The notes under the pieces: generated by a model
Told to the model about the DNA's origin: nothing
Database searches by the model: none
What the model saw: only the letters and a program-made list of their open reading frames with translations
From: Octopus sinensis
Lineage: Eukaryota
Assembly (NCBI RefSeq): GCF_006345805.1
Contig: NC_042998.1
Location: 194,122,001 to 194,186,000 of the forward strand
Length of the DNA stretch: 64,000 nt
Direction: 5' to 3'
Shown here: positions 48,660 to 62,845 of the stretch, in pieces
How positions within the stretch are numbered: position 1 is the stretch's first letter
How the letters are laid out: each line of letters starts with the position of its first letter
Made by a program: the position numbers and the translations under genes

Positions 48660-49770
48660 ATATATATTATGAGTTGTGGAAGATATTTATTGATGAAAGT
48701 TGCCTCTTTATTCATTGTTTGCTGTACTGAGGTGTTCTATGAATATTGATAGGAGGGGAAAATTCGGAAATTAGGATTAAGGTTCCTAGCACACCTTTCT
48801 ATGTGTTCACTGACCTGTAAATGTCTGTATTGTGGGTGGCGGATTTATTTGTTGTCGAGAGTGGTTCTTCGATGGAGTGATATTCCTATTTGGCCAATAT
48901 AATGATTACCACACCCCAAGCATGTAATGGCATAGATTAGGTTTTCCGAGGCACAAGTGAAATTTGATTTAATCTTAGATATTTCACCTTGTTTAAAGTG
49001 GAACTCTGAACCCTCCAAAAGGTGGGGGCATTACCACAGTTAGGCCGACCACATTTTTTCACTTTTGGTTCCGTTGTTATTGGATATAGCCTTGTGCTGG
49101 TTAATATTTTTTTCCAATGATTTCGGTTGCATTTTGCTTTTGATAATTTTGTGTGAGCTTAAAATTTTGTTCATTGTTTTATCTCCAGTAAGAATGGGAA
49201 GATTTTGAATGATAATGTTGAAGGCTTCATTGTTTCTAGGGTTATGTGTGGAGATGAATGGGAGTATTTTTAAGTCTGGTGTAGTATTTCGGTTGACTTC
49301 CCTTAATGTTCGTATATCTATTTCCTTAACTCGTTTAATGCCATCATTTATTAATGATATTGGGTAATGTCTTTTAATTAGTATTGATCTGAGTTCAAAG
49401 AGTCTTCGTTCCCGAGTATTGGTGTCTGAAACTATGGTACAGATTCTTTTCGCTAGATTATAAGGTATATTAATTTTTATGTGTTTGGGGTGGCATGAGT
49501 TGAATAATAGGTATTGTTTAGAATTTGTGGGTCTATAGAAGATGTCTGTTTCGATATGGTTATTGACTATTTTAATTAGGATGTCAAGAAAAGGGAGTTG
49601 TTAACTGTTGTGCTCCATGGTGAATTGTATGTTGCTATTAATATTGTTAAGCATATTTTGAAATCGAGGAGTTTGTCCATGCTATCTTTCCAAAGTATAA
49701 AGCAATCGTCCAAATACCACTTCCAGTTCTCCTTTAAATAGCAATGAAATGAGGTGCCATATTTTTGTAG
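48660..49770 (-). mobile_element. Penelope-like element fragment: RT C-terminal part plus GIY-YIG
   Basis: WKWYLDDCFILW, QLPFLDILI, SCHPKHIKINIPYNLAKRICTIVSD, FTCASENLIYAITCLGCGNHYIGQ. Related to 6050-6960. Confidence 0.92.
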
Positions 49771-50409
49771 TGATGATTGGTATATCAATCAAGGAAACCG
49801 AACGAAAACAAACATGGAGGTTCCTCCTCTTTCTCTTTTCTCTCTCTCTCGTTGCTCACGCGTGACCATCGTCTATCTTTCTTTTCCACACGTGATCATC
49901 TTTCTATTCCTTCAGGACTGTCCTAAGGACTGGAGTATTATATCTCTCTCTTCTATCTTTTCCCTTTTCAAAGAAAATATTTCTCCAGCGTTCGCTATTT
50001 TACCCTCGTTCTGGTCTAACGACCCTCCATGTTTGTTTTTGTTCGGTTTCCTTGTATGTCTCCACTGTCCTGCTTTTGTTCCCAAAAATCCAAAATTTTA
50101 TTTTGGTACTTATGGGAGCAACTGTCTTCGAAGTCTCATATTGTCGTTCAGTGCTTGAAATGAGGAGTAGAGACAACCGGCAACTGATGAAGGGTCGTTC
50201 TTTGTGTTATTTGTCCTGTTTTCCATTTGTTTCTCTCGTTGTTTGCGTATTGAACTCATTTGTTTGCTTGCGTTTTTCATGTTGTTTACTGTTGGTGACG
50301 TCCTGTACCCATATATGCATATGTGTGTGTATGTATATATATATATATAAAATATATATATTTTTAAACTGTCATATACTATTTTTAAACTGTCATCAAA
50401 CCCAAGCCC

Positions 50410-53400
50410 GCAGGTGGGACTACCCACTATATACCAGACCACCACAGCAAACAGACACAGGATGGACACCGCCGGCAACAACGTACACCTCACCTCGATA
50501 CTCCTACTGAACATCAGAGGACTGCAAACACTCAGTAACAGGACAAAGATCCCGTTCCTGAGAGACTTTGTTGCATGCAATCAAGCCTTATGCATAGCAC
50601 TTACAGAAACGCACCTGAAACCGGACATAGCAGATGCGGAGTTACACATACCACAGTATGCTGTACTACGGACCGACAGGAAAGAAAGGAGTCATGGAGG
50701 TGTTGCTATGTACATCCGTGAGGACCTCACACCCCAGGTCCTCTTGTCATACTCAAACTCGGTGTGTGACACACTAATTGTACATATTAGGCAACTTGAT
50801 ATAGTTGTGTGTGCTACATATCGCCCTCCAGATGCCCCAAGCCATGTGGGCAAGTTTGAAGACTGCCTTATAAAAATAGAAGAAATTCTAACCACATTAG
50901 AACAACACATAGGTGTGCTTCTTATGGGAGACTTCAATCTGCCCAATGTCAGATGGCCCGAGGGCCTTTCTCTCCCAGGAATGACAAGATGTGAACGAGG
51001 ACAGGCGAGGTCCCTCCTGAACCTCATCAACACCCTGTACATGGAGCAGGTAATACTCCAACCAACCAGGGCAGGTAACACACTGGATCTCTGCTTCACA
51101 AATGACATGGATCTCATCCATAATGTGAAAGTGACACCGACACTACTCTCGGATCACAACATGATAGAGCTGACCATGTACGGGCCAAAAGAGAGCACGG
51201 ACATGCAGCCTACAAGAAACCCTCAAAATCTTTCCAGCTTGAACTACCATAAGGCAAACTGGAAGGAAACAAATGAGAAGAGATCCTCAAACAAAACTGG
51301 CCTAAATGTCTCTCCTCGCCAGACATCGACGTGAAACTTCAACAATTCATGTCTGTAATGCAAGCCATATGCTACAAATGTGTCCCAGAGAGAAAGGCCA
51401 CTGTACACAAGAACAAAATCCCCAGAGAGAGGAAAATTTTAATGAGACGGCGTACGAAATTTTCAAATCGCCTAAACAAACAGATTGAAAGCAGTGAAAA
51501 GTCCCGCCTAAAAATAAAACTGTTGGAAATCGAAAAATGTCTGCAACTCTCCCATGAAAAAGAAAGAGCAGACAAAGAAGCCTGGGCTATAGAAAACATA
51601 AAATCTAACCCCAGAGCTTTCTACAGGTATGCCAAAGAAACAGCTACAGTGCACTGTAGAATAGGGCCACTCCTCGAAAAGGATGGCACACTTACAGGAA
51701 AACCAATGAGGGTAAGTGAAATACTGAATGAGCAATTCAAGAGTGTTTTCACTCCACCCCTTGGGCATCTCCAAATCACCAATCCAACTGACTTTTTACC
51801 ACTGCAGATATAAAATCAGAGGCGGCGACGATAGATTACATCGATATAAAGGAAGACGATGTAACCAAGGCTATAGATGAAATGAAAACAGACTCAGCTA
51901 CTGGCCCCGATGGATTCCCGGCAATCCTCCTAAAAGCATGTAAGAGAGTCCTAGCAAGACCACTGCAGTTCCTCTTTCAGAGCTTCCTTGCAGCTGGCAA
52001 CTTCCAGGAAAACTGAAGGAAGGTAAAATATGCCCCATTCATAAAGGAGGTAGCAGAGCGGAATCCAAGAACTATAGACCTATCTCTTGACCTCACACAT
52101 CAGCAAGGTCATGGAACGAATAGTCAGAAGGAAGCTGATCACCTTCCTTGAAGAGAATGACTTGCTGCCCGACACCCAACATGGTTTCCGACCAGGGAGA
52201 AGCTGTTTAACTCAGCTCCTACAACACTATGACTGGGTGCTAAAACGGCTGCTCAACCACTCAAATGTGGAAGTGATGATATCTCGACTTTGCAAAGGCC
52301 TTTGATAAAGTCGATCATGGAATGATATGTCACAAACTGCGTGATCTCAACATAGTTGGAAAACTGGGAGAATGGCTTCATGACTTTCTGAAGGATAGAA
52401 GTCAGGTGGTAGTAGCCAATGGGGCCACCTCCATTAACACACAAATAGTGAGCGGTGTTCCGCAGGGCACTGTTCTGGGACCACTACTGTTCATAATGGC
52501 CCTCTCAGACATGCCCTCAGCCACGCAGAGAGCCACGATCACAAGTTATGCAGATGATACAAAAGTTTCACAGGCAATACAGAACCCTGAGGACACTAAC
52601 ACCTGCAATGTGAGATGGGACGAAATATACAAGTGGGCTGAAAAGAATAGCATGCAGTTCAATGCTGGAAGTTTCAAGCTTTATACTATCAGCATGCAAA
52701 ACTGAATGCAATACCCAATGAATACACTGGACCCGGAGGGATTGCAATCCCAGAGGCACAATCAGTGCGTGACTGGGTATTCACATGAGTGATGACGCGA
52801 CCTTTCATGTACATGTTGCTAAACTGACAATGAAATGTAGACGGCTGGCTGGATGGATTCTTAGAACCTTTAGAACAAGAGAACAAAAAACCATGATGGA
52901 CCTCTGGAAGACACTTGTCCTAAGCCACTTTGACTATTGCTCTCAGCTATGGTCACCATCCAGTGTCAAGTTGATCACAGAACTTGAGGCGATCCAACGA
53001 AGCTACACAAAGAAGATAGCCTCTATGCAGAATGTAAGCTACTGGGAAAGACTCAAGAGATTAAAATATATTCTCTGGAGCGTAGGCGGGAAAGATATGC
53101 CATAATATACATCTGGAAGATCCTGGAGGGAAGTGTCCTGAACTTTGGCATCGAGAGTTACGCAAATGCCAGAACTGGGCGCCACTGCGTGGTGCCTAGG
53201 ACTCCAAACCTGCCATCAAGATGTAGGACAAGATTCTGTGATAGCCTGGGCTTCCGAGGCCCACAGCTCTTCAATATCCTCCCGAAGAACCTGAGAGACC
53301 TGCATGGGGTGGATACAGATGTCTTTAAAATGAAGCTGGATCTCTTCCTGTCAGGTGTCCCAGATGAACCAACTTCACGGCAGGAGGGGCAGATGAGGGC

Positions 53401-53545
53401 AGCTGCATCGAACTCTCTCATGCACCAAATAGCAGTTGCTAGAAAGCCTCCATGAAGTGAAACCAAGTAGCAACACCAAATGGCGGTGCCCCAGCATGGC
53501 CACAGCTCATAAGCTGAAACTAGAATCAATCAATCAATCAATCAT
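50410..53545 (+). mobile_element. CR1-clade LINE with near-complete ORF2 (APE endonuclease and RT), frameshifted; (AATC)n tail
   Basis: NIRGL, LTETHL, RTDR..GGVAMY, YRPP, MGDFNLP, PTR..NTLDL and SDH in the endonuclease. QHGFRPGRSCLTQLL, SGVPQGTVLGPLLF and YADDTK in the RT. Confidence 0.95.
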
Positions 53546-53624
53546 ATATATAATAAAATATATATATATATATATATCTATATATTATATATATATTATA
53601 TATATAAATAAATATATATATATA

Positions 53625-53658
<34 letters not shown>

Positions 53659-53795
53659 ATATATATATATATCTATATATATATATATATATATATATAT
53701 CTATATATATATATATATATATAAATAAATATATATATATATACATATTTATTTATATTATATATATATAATATATATATATATATAATATATAT

Positions 53796-53847
<52 letters not shown>

Positions 53848-53850
53848 ATA

Positions 53851-53881
<31 letters not shown>

Positions 53882-53884
53882 CAT

Positions 53885-53955
<71 letters not shown>

Positions 53956-54054
53956 TATTATATATATATATATATAATATATAGATATATATATATATAT
54001 ACACACACACCACATATATATATATATATATATATATGTATATTATATACACAT

Positions 54055-54090
<36 letters not shown>

Positions 54091-54102
54091 GTGTATATAT
54101 AT

Positions 54103-54133
<31 letters not shown>

Positions 54134-54500
54134 CACTGCGTGGTGCCTAGGACTCCAAACTTGCCATCAAGATGTAGGACAAGATTCTGTGATAGCCTGG
54201 GCTTCCGAGGCCCACAGCTCTTCAATATCCTCCCGAAGAACCTGAGAGACCTGCATGGGGTGGATACAGATGTCTTTAAAATGGAGCTGGATCTCTTCCT
54301 GTCAGGTGTCCCAGATGAACCAACTTCACGGCAGGAGGGGCAGATGAGGGCAGCTGCATCGAACTCTCTCATGCACCAAATAGCAGTTGCTAGAAAGCCT
54401 CCATGAAGTGAAACCAAGTAGCAACACCAAATGGCGGTGCCCCAGCATGGCCACAGCTCATAAGCTGAAACTAGAATCAATCAATCAATCAATCAATCAA
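54134..54500 (+). mobile_element. Near-identical second copy of the last ~365 bp of the upstream LINE
   Basis: Repeats 53183-53545 with about two substitutions, separated from it by a ~590-bp (TA)n tract. Confidence 0.92.
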
Positions 54501-54657
54501 TTATATATTTATACTTATACATATTTACATATATTTTTATACATATTTATATCTCTTTATATATTTTTAATACAACAATTATTTTTTATACGTGTATATC
54601 TTTCTGAGGAGTTTTTATATTGATTTCCTAATATTAATAATAATTAGTATTAATATA

Positions 54658-54750
<93 letters not shown>

Positions 54751-54878
54751 TATATTATATATATATATATATAACAACACAAATTGAGGAACGGCCATAA
54801 TAGGCCGTTCGACCCACTAGAAACAGCAGCCAGGGCTTCAACCGCAAATAGTAGTAATTCCGTAAACAGAGGAAAATG

Positions 54879-54911
<33 letters not shown>

Positions 54912-54953
54912 TATATATATATGTGTATATTATATATATGTATATAATATTTA

Positions 54954-55006
<53 letters not shown>

Positions 55007-55914
55007 TGTATGTATGTATGTATGTATATGTATGTATGTATGCCTATATGTATGTATAAAGTGAAGAATGGAACTGGTAAAATACGAACTACGAGCCAAT
55101 AGTGTATATATTTCAGTTAGCTTATTGTGATATTTTTACCTATATTTTTTACTTGTGCCATTTTTACCTATGATTTTAAATCAGGATATGTATCAGCATG
55201 TAAACATTTACTTCGAAGTGGAAGTCAATTTCGTAAGCTATTGTGACATTCCGCCAATTAGGCATGGTTGTCGTACTAAATTATAAATACCCTTCCGATG
55301 TAATATATGAATCTGGTCTGAGCCATATAATGTATCGAGTGCATACAATTATGAAGTACCCTTCTCTGATATATTACTACATATCAATATAATAGTTCAT
55401 GATATGGCTTTAATTAACACTAACTGATAATCATTTATTCCACTCTGTTCTTCTCAATCCTTGCATCGCACACTCCATTGTATCGAGATCCCGCATAATG
55501 TACATAATATACCGAAGGTATAAAGAGGGACAATCTAGAGTATTTTTTTTTACCTGTTGTTTACTGATAAGGTACAGAGACACCCGGCTTCGATGCAATG
55601 TTTACTGAAGGCATAAAGAGATATTTAACGTTGTTTTGGTGTTAACTGAACGGATAAAGAACAGGTATAATTTCAAAGGGACATTGATTTTTAATGCTTA
55701 CTGAACAGATACAGAGAAACTTAGCTTTGATTTAATGTGGTTTAAAGAATTGAAGAAGATGGAGATGTGGTTTTTACCTACAATTTACTGAAAGGCTAAA
55801 GAAGAAAATTTGGTTGTGAAATGTCGTAAACTGAAAAGCTGATGATGAAGACTTTTCTCTGATCCACCATTACATGAAGAGCTAAAGATGAAAACTTGGC
55901 TTTAGATGTGTTGT

Positions 55915-58900
55915 TTTATTGAAAGGTTAAAAATAAAGATTTCATTTCGATCTGCTTTTTAATGATGGGCTAAAAATCATAGCTACAGATAGAGACTTGG
56001 TTTTCACGTCTTGTTTATTGAATGGTTAAAGTTAAAGATTTAATTTCGATCTGCTTTTTAATGATGGGCTAAAAATCATAGCTATAGATAGAAACTTGGT
56101 TTTCACGTGTTGTTTATTGAATGGTTAAAGTTAAAGATTTAATTTCGATCTGCTTTTTAATGATGGGCTAAAAATCATGGCTACAGATAGAGACTTGGTT
56201 TTCACGTGTTGTTTATTGAAAGGTTAAAGATAAAGATTTAATTTCGATCTGCTTTTTAATGATGGGCTAAAAATCATAGCTACAGATAGAGACTTGGTTT
56301 TCACGTGTTGTTTATTGAAAGGTTAAAGATAAAGATTTAATTTCGATCTGCTTTTTAATGACGGGCTAAAATCATGGCTACAGATAGAAACTTGGTTTTC
56401 ACGTGTTGTTTATTGAAAGGTTAAAGATAAAGATTTAATTTCGATCTGCTTTTTAATGATGGGCTAAAAATCAAAGCTACAGATAGAAACTTGGTTTTCA
56501 CGTGTTGTTTATTGAATGGTTAAAGTTAAAGATTTAATTTCGATCTGCTTTTTAATGATGGGCTAAAAATCATGGCTACAGATAGAGACTTGGTTTTCAC
56601 CTGTTGTTTATTGAAAGGTTAAATATAAAGATTTAATTTCGATCTGCTTTTTAATGACGGGCTAAAATCATGGCTACAGATAGAAACTTGGTTTTCACGT
56701 GTTGTTTATTGAATGGTTAAAGTTAAAGATTTAATTTCGATCTGCTTTTTAATGATGGGCTAAAAATCATGGCTACAGATAGAGACTTGGTTTTCACGTG
56801 TTGTTTATTGAAAGGTTAAAGATAAAGATTTAATTTCGATCTGCTTTTTAATGATGGGCTAAAAATCATGGCTACAGATAGAGACTTGGTTTTCACCTGT
56901 TGTTTATTGAATGGTTAAAGATAAAGATTTAATTTCGATCTGCTTTTTAATGATGGGCTAAAAATCATGGCTACAGATAGAGACTTGGTTTTCACGTGTT
57001 GTTTATTGAAAGGTTAAAGATAAAGATTTAATTTCGATCTGCTTTTTAATGATGGGCTAAAAATCATGGCTACAAATAGAGACTTGGTTTTCACGTGTTG
57101 TTTATTGAAAGGTTAAAGATAAAGATTAATTTCGATCTGCTTTTTAATGATGGGCAAAAATCATGGCTACAGATAGAGACTTGGTTTTCACGTGTTGTTT
57201 ATTGAATGGTTAAAGTTAAAGATTTAATTTCGATCTGCTTTTTAATGATGGGAAATAAAAATGGCTACAGATAGAGACTGGTTTTCACCTGTTGTTTATT
57301 GAAAGGTTAAAGATAAAGATTTAATTTCGATCTGCTTTTTAATGATGGGCTAAAAATCATGGCTACAGATAGAGACTGGTTTTCACGTGTTGTTTATTGA
57401 ATGGTTAAAGTTAATGATTTAATTTCGATCTGCTTTTTAATGATGGGCTAAAAATCATGGCTACAGATAGAGACTTGGTTTTCACGTGTTGTTTATTGAA
57501 AGGTTAAAGATAAATAAAGATTAATCGATCTGCTTTTTAATGATGGGCTAAAAATCATGGCTACAGATAGAGACTTGGTTTTCACGTGTTGTTTATTGAA
57601 TGGTTAAAGATAAAGATTTAATTTCGATCTGCTTTTTAATGATGGGCTAAAAATCATGGCTACAGATAGAGACTTGGTTTTCACCTGTTGTTTATTGAAT
57701 GGTTAAAGATAAAGATTTAATTTCGATCTGCTTTTTAATGATGGGCTAAAAATCATGGCTACAGATAGAGACTTGGTTTTCACGTGTTGTTTATTGAAAG
57801 GTTAAAGGTAAAGATTTAATTTCGATCTGCTTTTTAATGATGGGCTAAAATCATGGCTACAGATAGAGACTCGGTTTTCACGTGTTGTTTATTGAAAGGT
57901 TAAAGATAAAGATTTAATTTCGATCTGCTTTTTAATGATGGGCTAAAAATCATGGCTACAGATAGAGACTAGGTTTTCACGTGTTGTTTATTGAAAGGTT
58001 ACAGATAAAGATTTAATTTCGATCTGCTTTTTAATGATGGGCTAAAAATCATGGCTACAGATAGAGACTTGGTTTTCACGTGTTGTTTATTGAATGGTTA
58101 AAGATAAAGATTTAATTTCGATCTGCTTTTTAATGATGGGCTAAAAATCATGGCTACAGATAGAGACTTGGTTTTCACGTGTTGTTTATTGAATGGTTAA
58201 AGTTAAAGATTTAATTTCGATCTGCTTTTTAATGATGGGCTAAAATCATGGCTACAGATAGAGACTTGGTTTTCACGTGTTGTTTATTGAATGGTTAAAG
58301 ATAAAGATTTAATTTCGATCTGCTTTTAATGATGGGCTAAAAATCAAGGCTACAGATAGAGACTTGGTTTTCACGTGTTGTTTATTGAATGGTTAAAGAT
58401 AAAGATTTAATTTCGATCTGCTTTTTAATGATGGGCTAAAAATCATGGCTACAGATAGAGACTTGGTTTTCACGTGTGTGTTTATGAAAGGTTAAAGATA
58501 AAGATTTAATTTCGATCTTTTTTTTAATGAAGGGCTAAAAATTATGGCTACAGATAGAGACTTGGTTTTCACGTGTTGTTTATTGAAAGGTAAAGATAAA
58601 GATTTAATTTCGATCTGCTTTTTAATGATGGGCTAAAAATCATGGCTACAGATAGAGACTTGGTTTTCACGTGTTGTTTATTGAATGGTTAAAGTTAAAG
58701 ATTTAATTTCGATCTGCTTTTTAATGATGGGCTAAAAATCATGGCTACAGATAGAGACTTGGTTTTCACGTGTTGTTTATTGAAAGGTTAAAGATAAAGA
58801 TTTAATTTCGATCTGCTTTTTAATGATGGGCTAAAAATCATGGCTACAGATAGAGACTTGGTTTTCACGTGTTGTTTATTGAATGGTTAAAGTTAAAGAT

Positions 58901-61900
58901 TTAATTTCGATCTGCTTTTTAATGATGAGCTAAAATCATAGCTACAGATAGAGACTTGGTTTTCACGTGTCGTTTATTGAATGGTTAAAGATAAAGATTT
59001 AATTTCGATCTGCTTTTTAATGATGGGCTAAAATCATAGCTACAGATAGAGACTTGGTTTTCACGTGTTGTTTATTGAAAGGTTAAAGATAAAGATTTAA
59101 TTTCGATCTGCTTTTTAATGATGGGCTAAAAATCATGGCTACAGATAGAGACTTTGGTTCACGTGTGTTTATTGAATGTTTAAAGATAAAGATTTAATTT
59201 CGATCTGCTTTTTAATGATGGGCTAAAATCATGGCTACAGATAGAGACTTGGTTTTCACCTGTTGTTTATTGAATGGTTAAAGATAAAGATTTAATTTCG
59301 ATCTGCTTTTTAATGATGGGCTAAAATCATGGCTACAGATAGAGACTTGGTTTTCACGTGTTGTTTATTGAAAGGTTAAAGGTAAAGATTTATTTCGATC
59401 TGCTTTTTAATGATGGGCTAAAATCATGGCTACAGATAGAGACTCGGTTTTCACGGTTTGTTTATTGAAAGGTTAAAGATAAAGATTAATTTCGATCTGC
59501 TTTTTATGATGGGCTAAAAATCATGGCTACAGATAGAGACTAGGTTTTCACGTGTTGTTTATTGAAAGGTTACAGATAAAGATTTATTTCGATCTGCTTT
59601 TTAATGATGGGCTAAAAATCATGGCTACAGATAGAGACTTGGTTTTCACGTGTTGTTATTGAATGGTTAAAGATAAAGATTTAATTTCGATCTGCTTTTT
59701 AATGATGGCTAAAAATCATGGCTACAGATAGAGACTTGGTTTTCACGTGTTGTTTATTGAATGGTTAAAGTTAAAGATTTAATTTCGATCTGCTTTTTAA
59801 TGATGGGCTAAAATCATGGCTACAGATAGAGACTTGGTTTTCACGTGTTGTTTATTGAATGGTTAAAGATAAAGATTTAATTTCGATCTGCTTTTTAATG
59901 ATGGGCTAAAAATCAAGGCTACAGATAGAGACTTGGTTTTCACGTGTTGTTTATTGAATGGTTAAAGATAAAGATTTAATTTCGATCTGCTTTTTAATGA
60001 TGGGCTAAAATCATGGCTACAGATAGAGACTTGGTTTTCACGTGTTGTTTATTGAATGGTTAAAGATAAAGATTTAATTTCGATCTTTTTTTTAATGAAG
60101 GGCTAAAAATATGGCTACAGATAGAGACTTGGTTTTCACGTGTTGTTTATTGAAAGGTTAAAGATAAAGATTTAATTTCGATCTGCTTTTTATGATGGGC
60201 TAAAAATCATGGCTACAGATAGAGACTTGGTTTTCACGTGTTGTTTTGAATGGTTAAAGTTAAAGATTTAATTTCGATCTGCTTTTTAATGATGGGCTAA
60301 AAATCATGGCTACAGATAGAGACTGGTTGTGTTTTACCTGTTTTTGTTTTAATGGTTAAAGATAAAGATTTAATTTCGATCTGCTTTTTAATGATGGGGC
60401 TAAATATGGGCTATGGCTACAGATAGAGACTTGGTTTTCACGTGTTGTTTATTGAAAGGTTAAAGGTAAAGATTTAATTCGATCTGCTTTTTAATGATGG
60501 GCTAAAATCATGGCTACAGATAGAGACTCGGTTTTCACGTGTTGTTATTGAAAGGTTAAAGATAAAGATTTAATTTCGATCTGCTTTTTAATGATGGGCT
60601 AAAAATCATGGCTACAGATAGAGACTAGGTTTTCACGTGTTGTTTATTGAAAGGTTACAGATAAAGATTTAATTTCGATCTGTGCTTTTTAATGATGGAA
60701 AATCATGGCTAAGAAATGATACGAGAGACTGGTTTTAAAGTGTTGGCATGTTTATTGAATGGTTAAAGATAAAGATTAATTTCGATCTGCTTTTTAATGA
60801 TGGGCTAAAAATCATGGCTACAGATAGAGACTTGGTTTTCACGTGTTGTTTATGAATGGTTAAAGATAAAGATTTAATTTCGATCTGCTTTTTAATGATG
60901 GGCTAAAAATCAAGGCTACAGATAGAGACTTGGTTTTCACGTGTTGTTTATTGAATGGTTAAAGATAAAGATTTAATTTCGATCTGCTTTTTAATGATGG
61001 GCTAAAAATCATGGCTACAGATAGAGACTTGGTTTTCACGTGTTGTTTATTGAATGGTTAAAGATAAAGATTTAATTTTCGATCCTTTTTTTAATGAAGG
61101 GCTAAAAATTATGGCTAAGATAGAGACTTGGTTTTCACGTGTTGTTTATTGAAAGGTTAAAGATAAAGATTAATTTCGATCTGCTTTTTAATGATGGGCT
61201 AAAAATCATGGCTACAGATAGAGACTTGGTTTTCACGTGTGTTGTTATTGAATGGTTAAAGTTAAAGATTTAATTTCGATCTGCTTTTAATGATGTGGGC
61301 TAAAAATCATGGCTACAGATAGAGACTGGTTTTCACCTGTTGTTTATTGAATGGTTAAAGATAAAGATTTAATTTCGATCTGCTTTTTAATGATGGGCTA
61401 AAAATCATGGCTACAGATAGAGACTTGGTTTTCACGTGTTGTTTATTGAAAGGTTAAAGGTAAAGATTTAATTTCGATCTGCTTTTTAATGATGGGCTAA
61501 AATCATGGCTACAGATAGAGACTCGGTTTTCACGTGTTGTTTATTGAAAGGTTAAAGATAAAGATTTAATTTCGATCTGCTTTTTAATGATGGGCTAAAA
61601 ATCATGGCTACAGATAGAGACTAGGTTTTCACGTGTTGTTTATTGAAAGGTTACAGATAAAGATTAATTTCGATCTGCTTTTTAAGATGGGCTAAAAATC
61701 ATGCTACAGATAGAGACTTGGTTTTCACGTGTTGTTTATTGAATGGTTAAAGATAAAGATAAAAATTTAATTTCGATCTGCTTTTTAATGATGGGCTAAA
61801 AATCATGGCTACAGATAGAGACTTGGTTTTCACGTGTTGTTTATTGAATGGTTAAAGTTAAAGATTTAATTTCGATCTGCTTTTTAATGATGGGCTAAAA

Positions 61901-62845
61901 TCATGGCTACAGATAGAGACTTGGTTTTCACGTGTTGTTTATTGAATGGTTAAAGATAAAGATTTAATTTCGATCTGCTTTTTAATGATGGGCTAAAAAT
62001 CAAGGCTACAGATAGAGACTTGGTTTTCACGTGTTGTTTATTGAATGGTGAAAGATAAAGATTTAATTTCGATCTGCTTTTTAATGATGGGCTAAAAATC
62101 ATGGCTACAGATAGAGACTTGGTTTTCACGTGTTGTTTATTGAAAGGTTAAAGATAAAGATTTAATTTCGATCTTTTTTTTAATGAAGGGCTAAAAATTA
62201 TGGCTACAGATAGAGACTTGGTTTTCACGTGTTGTTTATTGAAAGGTTAAAGATAAAGATTTAATTTCGATCTGCTTTTTAATGATGGGCTAAAAATCAT
62301 GGCTACAGATAGAGACTTGGTTTTCACGTGTTGTTTATTGAATGGTTAAAGTTAAAGATTTAATTTCGATCTGCTTTTTAATGATGGGCTAAAAATCATG
62401 GCTACAGATAGAGACTTGGTTTTCACGTGTTGTTTATTGAAAGGTTAAAGATAAAGATTTAATTTCGATCTGCTTTTTAATGATGGGCTAAAAATCATGG
62501 CTACAGATAGAGACTTGGTTTTCACGTGTTGTTTATTGAATGGTTAAAGTTAAAGATTTAATTTCGATCTGCTTTTTATGATGGGCTAAAAATCATGGCT
62601 ACAGATAGAGACTTGGTTTTCACGTGTCGTTTATTGAATGGTTAAAGATAAGATTTAATTTCGATCTGCTTTTTAATGATGGGCTAAAATCATAGCTACA
62701 GATAGAGACTTGGTTTTCACGTGTTGTTTATTGAAAGGTTAAAGATAAAGATTTAATTTCGATCTGCTTTTTAATGATGGGCTAAAAATCATGGCTACAG
62801 ATAGAGACTTGGTTTTCACGTGTTGTTTATTGAATGGTTAAAAAG
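55915..62845. repeat. Tandem satellite, 99-bp monomer, about 70 copies
   Basis: Consensus GATTTAATTTCGATCTGCTTTTTAATGATGGGCTAAAAATCATGGCTACAGATAGAGACTTGGTTTTCACGTGTTGTTTATTGAA(A/T)GGTTAAAG(A/T)TAAA. Period checked at 56761 and 56860. Confidence 0.97.

Noticed and set aside
50150-50200. GAAA...GAGTA followed by CTGATGAAGGG (also on the minus strand at ~31015-31060 with CTGAAGA), resembling a type-II permuted hammerhead
   Set aside because: The segment between GUA and the core cannot form stem I and stem II pairing is weak in both copies.
54783-54835. TTGAGGA-ACGGCC/GGCCGT hairpin followed later by GAAAC (related copy at ~1280-1325)
   Set aside because: Eleven unpaired nucleotides separate the hairpin from GAAA and there is no UH or stem I. 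It is a dispersed repeat but not a supportable ribozyme.
55915-62845. 99-bp period equals 33 codons, suggesting an ankyrin/TALE-like repeat protein or a CRISPR-like array
   Set aside because: The consensus has stop codons in all six frames, the ORF track is empty here, and there are no unique spacers between repeats.
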